A model generated the notes under the pieces. It had not been told where the DNA came from, did no database searches, and saw nothing but the letters and a program-made list of their open reading frames with translations. From the NCBI GenBank assembly GCA_048939765.1, contig JBHLPF010000004.1:76884-89962 (forward strand): a stretch of DNA of 13,079 nucleotides, read 5' to 3'. Shown here in pieces: positions 1-6,747 of this stretch. Positions within the stretch are counted from its first letter, which is position 1; the number at the start of each line of letters is the position of its first letter. This stretch comes from Promethearchaeota archaeon (GTDB lineage Archaea; Asgardarchaeota; Thorarchaeia; Thorarchaeales; Thorarchaeaceae). Both the position numbers and the translations under genes were made by a program.

Positions 1-19
1 GTCCTTCTGCCTTCATATC

Positions 20-379
20 CTAGATTTCGTCGTCTACTTCGAAGGCGATTCCGCCTATTTCCTTTGTTTCAAAACCAATCCCAATTGTGTGCAATCCATC
101 CGAGAGTGGCTCTCCCTTCACATGAATCTCGACTTCAACGCCAACCTTGATTAGGAAGGTGTTTGCCTCTGTGACTTCTTTTGCTGCAACTTCTCCATCG
201 GGGGTTTTGATTAGCATCGCATCAAGCGGATACTCATTGCCATCAACAGTGACAGGTGCCAATGAGGTCGCAGTCCCATTCGATAATGAGTTCTTGATTT
301 TGAAGCTGAAGCCATCATCCTGGTTAGCGAGGCTATTCTTTACGTATAATCTCTTCAGGATACTTGCAGGTATCTTCAT
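20..379 (-). CDS. Conserved hypothetical beta-rich protein. It resembles stand-alone archaeal 'LKRLYVKxSLxN...GFxFKIKN' proteins (DUF6379-like, or the N-terminal accessory domain of some HMG-CoA reductases).
   Basis: 119-aa ORF with ATG. GGAGG at 396-392 upstream and TATAAAA at 437-431 on the - strand. Alternating hydrophobic beta-strand pattern. The family resemblance is from memory and the function is uncertain. Confidence 0.75.
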   Translation of the reverse strand: MKIPASILKRLYVKNSLANQDDGFSFKIKNSLSNGTATSLAPVTVDGNEYPLDAMLIKTPDGEVAAKEVTEANTFLIKVGVEVEIHVKGEPLSDGLHTIGIGFETKEIGGIAFEVDDEI

Positions 380-430
380 TTTTCATTCGTGCCTCCAATG
401 AGGGTCTTGAGTCTGGCTTTTGGCTCAATC

Positions 431-437
431 TTTTATA
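431..437 (-). promoter_or_regulatory. Putative TATA box for the 20..379 gene
   Basis: TATAAAA on the - strand about 55 nt upstream of the ATG, in the divergent intergenic region. Confidence 0.4.
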
Positions 438-583
438 GGTTCCGAACAGTATCTAAATCGATAAAACCCGCGAGAAATGTAACCAAGCCTTCTGTGGGAC
501 ATTCGTCTCGCCTGAGAGAGTGATTCCATAAGCCACCTCATCGAGTCTGCGGGAGAATAGCATGCCAATGGATTGTTGTAGTC

Positions 584-1654
584 ATGACAACTGCAGAAGA
601 TACTCAGGGTTTGGTCCAATATCGCTGCGAGGTCTGCAATGCGCCATATCCGCTTGGAGCGGATGATGTTATCTCAACTTGTCCTTATTGCGGACATACG
701 TTCATAGTCGATGGAGGAGAGATAAGGGCACACTTGCTTCTAAGGAATCAGCTCGACAAAGAAGGAGTGAATAAGACGGTTTCAGACTGGTTGCAGTTTG
801 CAGCATCGAAGTCAGTTGGAAAGGGCGTTACCAAAGACATAGAGCTAGGTGCGCCCATTCTTCAATGGATTCCTATGTTCCGAGTAAAGTCGTCAACCGA
901 AACATATCACTTTGGCGCTAAGCAAGAAGGGTCCGGTGACAAAAAGCGCTGGGTCAAAATCGAGGGGCATGATTCAGGCAAAATCACTGAATGGGTTTTG
1001 GCAAGGCGGTATGCAGCAACATTTGGTATCCAGGAGTTCATCGACAGTCTAGTGGACACAGAGTCAACGAATTTTGATATCAAACTCACTGATAAAGCGC
1101 CAGTGCTCAACGCTGAGATTGCTGATACTGATGCACCAGTTCGCGCAAAATATCAGAAGTCGGAGCGAGACCGTGCAGAACTGAAAGAGAGAATGGACAA
1201 GCTATTCGATTATAGACTCGATATGGAACTTGAAGATTGCACCTATGTACATGCTCCATATTGGCTAGTTAGATATGAATATCGAGGAGGCACCTTCAGA
1301 GTTGCAGTGTCCGGAGCAACCGGAAGGGTCGTTCTTGGAGAGTTGCCAGTCACGAAGACCTATCGAGTGAAGAAATGGTTCACAAGCGTATTCATGTTGG
1401 TTGCAGCGGCGCTTCTTCTTCAAGGAACACCATACATCCTCTATGGGATTCTGATGGCTGACTCATCTGATGGAGATGTCTTCATTATACCAATTGTGAT
1501 GCTCATCTTGGGGCTTATCCTATGGGTCGGATCTATCAAAATGGTTGACGGCGTATTGAAGTATGAGATAGAGCTGACTGCAGAAGGAGAGGAACGTGAG
1601 GAAGCTTCTCTTTTGGCGATTCCATTAAGGTATCTGGGAGGTAGGTTCTCATGA
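584..1654 (+). CDS. YdjG-like Zn-ribbon membrane protein (paralog 1)
   Basis: N-terminal CEVC...CPYC Zn ribbon, 'WIPMF' motif, C-terminal 'YVHAPYWLVRYEY...VAVSGATGRVVLGELP' motif like B. subtilis YdjG, then two hydrophobic helices. Confidence 0.8.
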   Translation: MTTAEDTQGLVQYRCEVCNAPYPLGADDVISTCPYCGHTFIVDGGEIRAHLLLRNQLDKEGVNKTVSDWLQFAASKSVGKGVTKDIELGAPILQWIPMFRVKSSTETYHFGAKQEGSGDKKRWVKIEGHDSGKITEWVLARRYAATFGIQEFIDSLVDTESTNFDIKLTDKAPVLNAEIADTDAPVRAKYQKSERDRAELKERMDKLFDYRLDMELEDCTYVHAPYWLVRYEYRGGTFRVAVSGATGRVVLGELPVTKTYRVKKWFTSVFMLVAAALLLQGTPYILYGILMADSSDGDVFIIPIVMLILGLILWVGSIKMVDGVLKYEIELTAEGEEREEASLLAIPLRYLGGRFS

Positions 1655-2628
1655 GCAAGATCCAATGCCCAAATTGTGATGGTCCAATCCAAATACCGCC
1701 TCATAGTAGTACAGTCGTCTGTCCATATTGCAGCACCACTGTGCAAGTGAAGACAGGGGAGATACTCAAAGAGAGCTATGTCATGAGAGTGCAGTATAGC
1801 CTTGATGACGCGTGGGGCAAGCTTCTGAATTGGGCTACAAAGCAGCTTGGTGCTCCGCAAGACCTGGAAGAGAAATCCAAAGTTGTCGAGAGTGAACTGG
1901 TATACTATCCATTCTGGGTTGTTGAGGTTGAGGCTGATGGCAATTTTGAAGGGACACAGAAGAAGCCGAACTGGGATGGTGGCGGTCGCTTCAAAAGCTT
2001 AAGTTGGGAATCGGTTGAAGAAACAGGCCATCTTGACTTAGAGAAAGATATCTTCGTTCCTGCTACAATGGATGTTCCAAAGGCACTAACTGACTACATC
2101 ATCCCTACAAAGAGAAAAGAGTTCTTCAGTAAAGACCTAATCGATGATGTAGCTGGAAAGCTAAGACCTGTTCAAATAGATCGCGAGGCTGCAATCGATC
2201 ATGCGAAGAAAGGAATGGCCCGACAACTCCATGAAGAGGCAATGAAAGAAGTTGATCACATCAATAGGATGCAAACAGACCTCGCTGTTCCTGCAGTTTT
2301 CTTGGTCTACGTTCCTGTATGGCATATCAAGTATGACTTCTCAATCAGGAAATACGATGCCATGGTGGATGGAGCTTCTGGACGGGTGATTTCATTGAAA
2401 TTCCCTAGAAAGATGGCCTTTAGAGCAATGACATTCATGGGAGGGTTACTACATCTTGGTGTTGGAGGCGGCTTTGGATTGCTCCTTGTCTACCTGGGTC
2501 TGACTCAGTTCGATGCAGTCTTCCCTACTGTGATAGGAATTGTGTTTGGTCTAGGAATGCTCGGATTTGCCCTCCGCTTTCTGAGGACTGCATTCACACT
2601 TGATGCGGAGGAGGAAGTAGCTGGTTAA
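1651..2628 (+). CDS. YdjG-like Zn-ribbon membrane protein (paralog 2)
   Basis: CPNC...CPYC, 'VYYPFW' and 'LVYVPVWHIKYDF...AMVDGASGRVI...FP' motifs, two C-terminal TM segments. ATGA overlap with the upstream gene and GGAGGT SD at 1637-1642. Confidence 0.82.
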   Translation: MSKIQCPNCDGPIQIPPHSSTVVCPYCSTTVQVKTGEILKESYVMRVQYSLDDAWGKLLNWATKQLGAPQDLEEKSKVVESELVYYPFWVVEVEADGNFEGTQKKPNWDGGGRFKSLSWESVEETGHLDLEKDIFVPATMDVPKALTDYIIPTKRKEFFSKDLIDDVAGKLRPVQIDREAAIDHAKKGMARQLHEEAMKEVDHINRMQTDLAVPAVFLVYVPVWHIKYDFSIRKYDAMVDGASGRVISLKFPRKMAFRAMTFMGGLLHLGVGGGFGLLLVYLGLTQFDAVFPTVIGIVFGLGMLGFALRFLRTAFTLDAEEEVAG

Positions 2629-2739
2629 AGACAAGTGGGTTTGACCCAGTGACACGCTCTCCGATTCCTCTCGACAAAGATAATAAGCGGACTTATCTCG
2701 ACCTATCATTGAACCAATCTCTATCAGAGGAGAACTTTA

Positions 2740-3108
2740 TTGCAATTCGGGGTCTTCGATACATTCTTTGGTGTCTTCTGGGAAGTGTTTGGAGTATTTT
2801 CTCTAGTCTTCATCCTCGTTCCAGTCATATTCTGTATAGCAATGGTATTCGTAATGAGAAATGCCTGCAGAGCAGGCTCACAGATAACAAGAGGCTGGAC
2901 AACAGAGGCGCCATCATTTGTAATTCCTGATAGACACAGAGGCAGGAGAAGAAGCGACGGTTCTGAGATTCGAACAGTGCGCTTACCTGAGCGGTGTCCT
3001 TCCTGCAATGCATCACTAACTCATGAGGACATCGATTGGACCGGGCCTCTAGAAGCAAGATGCAACTACTGCGGTGGAACAGTACGAGCCAGCTTCGAAA
3101 GCGTCTGA
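2740..3108 (+). CDS. Small membrane-anchored Zn-ribbon protein
   Basis: TTG start preceded by GAGGAG. N-terminal Phe-rich hydrophobic segment. C-terminal CPSC...DWTGPLEARCNYC four-Cys ribbon. Confidence 0.8.
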   Translation: MQFGVFDTFFGVFWEVFGVFSLVFILVPVIFCIAMVFVMRNACRAGSQITRGWTTEAPSFVIPDRHRGRRRSDGSEIRTVRLPERCPSCNASLTHEDIDWTGPLEARCNYCGGTVRASFESV

Positions 3109-3160
3109 GCTTATCTTAAGTATTGAATCATCGAACGTGTATACAATGAGGCATGCATCT

Positions 3161-3451
3161 ATGGCCAATGGGTTTCAAGTGCAAGATGATGGCACATCCA
3201 TTGAAGTCGCAGTGACAAAGGACTCACTTGAATCCGAGAATGTGTACTGCATTATCGATGATACTAGCAAGAGCATCTTCATCTGGAAAGGGCGTCGTTC
3301 GGGAGTCAGAAAGAAGTTCATCGGAGCTCAGACTGCAAATCGAATGCGCTCGGAGTATGGCACAACATTCAAGGTCCACTCCTTGGATGAGGGGGAGGAA
3401 CCAGCCGTTTTCTTCACTGCCTTAAGCAATAACTCTGGATCACAGGCCTGA
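3161..3451 (+). CDS. Single-domain gelsolin-like protein (Asgard ProGel-type actin regulator)
   Basis: Gelsolin-repeat pattern LxSENVYCIIDD...IFIWKGxxS...KFIGAQTAxxMR...VxxLDEGEEPxxFFxAL. Start moved from 3074 (which overlaps the upstream gene) to ATG 3161, with GAGG at 3148-3151. ATG 3146 is an alternative. Confidence 0.85.
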   Translation: MANGFQVQDDGTSIEVAVTKDSLESENVYCIIDDTSKSIFIWKGRRSGVRKKFIGAQTANRMRSEYGTTFKVHSLDEGEEPAVFFTALSNNSGSQA

Positions 3452-3514
3452 AGATGTTACCACGCCACAAGATTCTATAGTTCTGCAGGATAGTCGCGCC
3501 TGAGGTCTTTGAAG

Positions 3515-4558
3515 ATGAGAGGACTGATGAAGACTGCCCGGGGCGCAGGAAATCTTGAGATCCAAGAACTGGAGGATCCCAGACCAGGGCGGGATGAAGT
3601 CCTTATTGAGGTAGCCGCTGCAGGTATCTGTGGGACTGACATCCATATCAAGCATGACCAATCATTCTACACGCCACCTGTGATTCTAGGCCACGAATAC
3701 TCCGGGACTGTTATTGATGTTGGTCCTGATGTATTGGATGTCAAGGTGGGTGACAAAGTTGTTTCACCAGCAACTGCATATTGTGGCAGATGCTATCAAT
3801 GCAAGACAGGGCACATGAATCGCTGTACTGCTGAGGGAAAGCGCATACTTGGCGTTTCTCTGGCAAATGGGGCATTTGCAAAATACCTGACAGTGCCCGA
3901 GTACATAATCCATAGTGTGCCCAAAGGTGTCTCTCTAGAAGAAGCAGCACTGGCTGAACCTACTGCGTGTGTTGTTCATGCAGTGGCTGAAAGCACAGAC
4001 ATCTGTCCAGGTGACACAGTTTTGGTTCAAGGTCCTGGTACGATGGGATTGCTTGCAGTCCAAGTTGCCAAGGCCATGGGTGCTGGCAAGGTGATTGTAG
4101 CGGGTGTGACTGCAGACAAATGGCGATTCGACATTGCACGTAAGACCGGTGCTGACCTTACCATCGATGTTCAATCTGAAACGGACCCAGTTGAAATTGT
4201 GAAGGACTATACAAACGGGCTGGGAGCCGATGTTGTTATAGAGGCATCCGGGGCGTGTGTTGCCTGCGCTCAGTCTCTTGACTTTGTAAAAGTTGCAGGA
4301 CATGTTTCATTGGTGGGAGTCAGGGGCCGGCCTATGGAGATTGACCTTGATCCCATGATTGAGAAAGAGCTCACAATGACAGGGACCTGGGGGACCCTTC
4401 CGTCATCTTGGGTCACAACACTACGGCTAATGGGATCCAGAAAGATTGACGTCAGTCCACTCATTACGCACAGGACTGCCCTTGATGATTGGGAGAATGG
4501 TTTCAGCCTCATGGAAACCCAACAGGCCATCAAGGTGCTCTTCACAGAACTCGACTAG
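3515..4558 (+). CDS. Zn-dependent medium-chain dehydrogenase (sorbitol/threonine dehydrogenase-like MDR)
   Basis: Catalytic Zn motifs GICGTD and GHE, structural Zn CGRCYQC...NRC, LAEPTAC, and Rossmann GPGTMG. SD TGAGGT at 3501-3506 favours ATG 3515 (TTG 3509 is an alternative). Substrate not assignable. Confidence 0.92.
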   Translation: MRGLMKTARGAGNLEIQELEDPRPGRDEVLIEVAAAGICGTDIHIKHDQSFYTPPVILGHEYSGTVIDVGPDVLDVKVGDKVVSPATAYCGRCYQCKTGHMNRCTAEGKRILGVSLANGAFAKYLTVPEYIIHSVPKGVSLEEAALAEPTACVVHAVAESTDICPGDTVLVQGPGTMGLLAVQVAKAMGAGKVIVAGVTADKWRFDIARKTGADLTIDVQSETDPVEIVKDYTNGLGADVVIEASGACVACAQSLDFVKVAGHVSLVGVRGRPMEIDLDPMIEKELTMTGTWGTLPSSWVTTLRLMGSRKIDVSPLITHRTALDDWENGFSLMETQQAIKVLFTELD

Positions 4559-4584
4559 TCAACGGAAGGGAGTTGTTTCATTTC

Positions 4585-4938
4585 ATGTACCTGACAAAGG
4601 ATGGTCCGCTAGAGGACTATGAGTATTATTCCAGAGAAGGTGCCAAAGGATTCCGGAACAAGAGTCTTCTAGGTCCTGAGAACTCAGCAACGAGATTCGC
4701 TATGAGGACATACATCGTAGAATCCGGTGGCCATTCGGCTCCTGACAATCATCCGCACGAGCATGGCGTCTATGTAATCAGCGGAGTCCTTCAAGTGAGA
4801 GTCGGCGAGCAACTACTCGAGCTGAATCCCGGTGACGTGCTTCATATCGCAGCCCACGAGCCGCATCAATTCCTCAATCCTTGGGCTCAGCCGGCTAAGT
4901 TCCTCTGCGTACGCGATTTTCCCGAGCCTACTTCCTAG
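4585..4938 (+). CDS. Cupin-domain protein (Cupin_2)
   Basis: FAMR...GGHS...HPHEHGVYVISG and PGDVLHIAAHEPHQFLN metal-binding cupin motifs. Start moved to ATG 4585, downstream of the MDR stop. Confidence 0.88.
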   Translation: MYLTKDGPLEDYEYYSREGAKGFRNKSLLGPENSATRFAMRTYIVESGGHSAPDNHPHEHGVYVISGVLQVRVGEQLLELNPGDVLHIAAHEPHQFLNPWAQPAKFLCVRDFPEPTS

Positions 4939-5281
4939 GAGCCCACTTATCTAGAGCATCCTGCACGGTTGCGATATGAGCCGCAGCAGGGCCTCCTCCC
5001 ATTACAATAGCCACAGCTGCTGCTTCCATTATCTCATCTCTAGTGGCACCTGCTGATATCGCCTGTTTTGTATGATACACCATGCACGATTCACACGGAG
5101 AGAGGATGGATGCCACAATGCAGATGATCTCTTTGAACTTTGCAGGAAGCGCACCATCCTTGTGGACGGTCTTTAGAAGATCAGTGTAAGCATTCCTTGT
5201 GTCTGGGATATCCCTATTCAGAGCTCCAAAGTGTCTTTGAAATGATTTGAGGATCTGTTCGGCGTCTTCCATTTTTATCAT
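4928..5281 (-). CDS. Carboxymuconolactone decarboxylase / AhpD-like protein with CxxC
   Basis: GALPAKFKEII...CESCMVYH...AISAGATRDEIMEA...MGGGPA CMD signature. ATG 5281 overlaps the ligase TGA (ATGA). ATG 5272 is an alternative. Confidence 0.9.
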   Translation of the reverse strand: MIKMEDAEQILKSFQRHFGALNRDIPDTRNAYTDLLKTVHKDGALPAKFKEIICIVASILSPCESCMVYHTKQAISAGATRDEIMEAAAVAIVMGGGPAAAHIATVQDALDKWAPRK

Positions 5282-6087
5282 CTCGAATGGTATTCTGGGT
5301 TCAATATCCCCAGGTTCCACTCCGACTGGCTGTAGCGGTTCTGATATAAAGCATACGCAGTGGCCAGCTCCTCTTCATTCAACCTGCCAGGGACAATACT
5401 TGCCCTTGTGAACATTTGAATACCCTCTACAATCGCATTGATTATCTCTCTGTCAGAAGGCGGCTCTGGTAAAGCTTCTGAGATTGAAGTCACTATGTCC
5501 TGCTTGCTCTCCATACATCTTATTCTCCTCTTGTCACGGATGTATTGAGGTTGCTTTAAAGGGGCACTGAGACTCTTCCTAAGATGCTCCAGATTTGAGT
5601 TGATGAGCAAAGTACCATGAATGAATGAAATCCCTCGCTTTATCCATCCTGCTGTACCTGTGATCTTCTTCTTGCCGATTCGAATACAGGACCTTTCCTT
5701 ATCAAATTGTGCAGGTATTCCAATATCGGTTAAGCCTCTTGCAACTGTGCCTACGAAGTTGCGATACAGTGCTGGGAGTGTCTTTGCGACATAGGCCTCC
5801 TTTTGATCCATGCAGAGGGTAAAATTCAGGTTGCCCATATCGTGAAACACAGCACCTCCACCAGTGAATCTTCGAGCAATAGCAATCCGATTCTGCCTAC
5901 AGTAGTTGATGTCCGTTTCCTTATGGACACACTGAAACCTGCCGATGACAACCGCATCTGCCGCTCGCCACAGTCGTAGTGTGTTCATCTTTGTCTGTGA
6001 TTCGGAATTAACAATTGCGAGTGCTTCTTCGATAGCGAGATTACGATGTATGTCTACCTCGTCATCCTGAAGAAGCCTCCATGACAT
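5278..6087 (-). CDS. lplA: Lipoate-protein ligase A family, catalytic domain only (BPL/LplA/LipB superfamily)
   Basis: NLAIEEAL, VVIGRFQ, RRFTGGGAVFHDMGNLNFT, KKITGTA, HGTLL and terminal YSQSEWN motifs. SD GTGAGGAG (6104-6097) precedes ATG 6087. Confidence 0.9.
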   Translation of the reverse strand: MSWRLLQDDEVDIHRNLAIEEALAIVNSESQTKMNTLRLWRAADAVVIGRFQCVHKETDINYCRQNRIAIARRFTGGGAVFHDMGNLNFTLCMDQKEAYVAKTLPALYRNFVGTVARGLTDIGIPAQFDKERSCIRIGKKKITGTAGWIKRGISFIHGTLLINSNLEHLRKSLSAPLKQPQYIRDKRRIRCMESKQDIVTSISEALPEPPSDREIINAIVEGIQMFTRASIVPGRLNEEELATAYALYQNRYSQSEWNLGILNPEYHSR

Positions 6088-6149
6088 CTGAGCAATCTCC
6101 TCACTTGGTGTAAAATCCAATCAGGACTAGGTAGTGTCTACACATTAAA

Positions 6150-6315
6150 CCTTGAGGTACAAGAGGGGTGTGATGAGAATGGCAAGGGGGAATGCTGGTG
6201 ACAGAATTTAGTCCATCACCAGCTGATAACCTCGGAGCAGAGTCGAGGTTATAGAGCAGATGTCGTATTTTCGAGGCATGACGCAGGAGGGAATGCTGCG
6301 TCAATATGGACCTCC
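6150..6315 (-). ncRNA. Candidate structured RNA or cis-regulatory leader upstream of lplA
   Basis: Three perfect stems: 6194-6201/6216-6223, 6226-6234/6244-6252 and 6279-6286/6296-6303. The first extends to 12 bp with G-U pairs only on the - strand. Loop motifs are repeated. No known family recognised, and strand and ends are tentative. Confidence 0.45.
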
Positions 6316-6360
6316 GGTGGCCCAATTTAAGCCCGTACACATTTTCTGGTAATCAGACAA

Positions 6361-6669
6361 CTATCCAAAGGGCGTTCCACATTCTTGACAGAAGCTGTCG
6401 CCAGGTCTAATGTATGCTCCACATCGTCTGCAATGAGCTGTGGGTTGACTCGGCCTGTCTAGGACAAACCTACCAACCTTGCGTATATTCCTCAGGCCCA
6501 TAGTATCACTGTAGAGTTCAGTGTAGCCGCAGTCTGCACAGGTGAAAGCTTGTAGAGTCGCAGTAGAAAGCCCTGGCAAGTCAATTCTCACATGATGTTG
6601 GCCATAGATCCTGTGAGGTCCTGCTATTCTGTTGTTTCCACATTTCGGGCATTGCTTTGTTCGAATCAT
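6361..6669 (-). CDS. Double Zn-ribbon protein (DUF2082-like CxxCGYTExY ribbon plus C-terminal zinc_ribbon_2-like)
   Basis: CPKC...CADCGYTELY and CRRC...FCQECG. GGAG SD before ATG 6669. Confidence 0.82.
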   Translation of the reverse strand: MIRTKQCPKCGNNRIAGPHRIYGQHHVRIDLPGLSTATLQAFTCADCGYTELYSDTMGLRNIRKVGRFVLDRPSQPTAHCRRCGAYIRPGDSFCQECGTPFG

Positions 6670-6747
6670 CCCTTCTCCACTGGTTTGAACTCTGAAGAAT
6701 ATGCACATAATTGTTTGTTCCAACGCCAAGAGGTTTGGATAGGGAGT

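Noticed and set aside
1-16. Possible start of the next - strand gene (ATG at 16, MKAEG...)
   Set aside because: Only five codons are visible, so it cannot be supported.
425-619. 64-aa - strand ORF
   Set aside because: It overlaps the start of the 584 gene and the promoter region and has no recognisable motif.
3074-3160. N-terminal extension of the gelsolin ORF
   Set aside because: It overlaps the upstream gene. A better SD and ATG lie downstream.
6150-6315. CRISPR array, tRNA, SRP RNA or RNase P RNA
   Set aside because: The repeats are only 7-10 nt and irregularly spaced. No cloverleaf or T-loop, SRP helix-8 motif or RNase P GAGGAAAGUCC motif.
6121-6330. + strand frame with TGC-TGG-TGA as a possible selenoprotein, and the short ORF MSYFRG...IFW
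   Set aside because: No start codon for the UGA frame, no selenoprotein-like sequence or SECIS, and no support for the short ORF.
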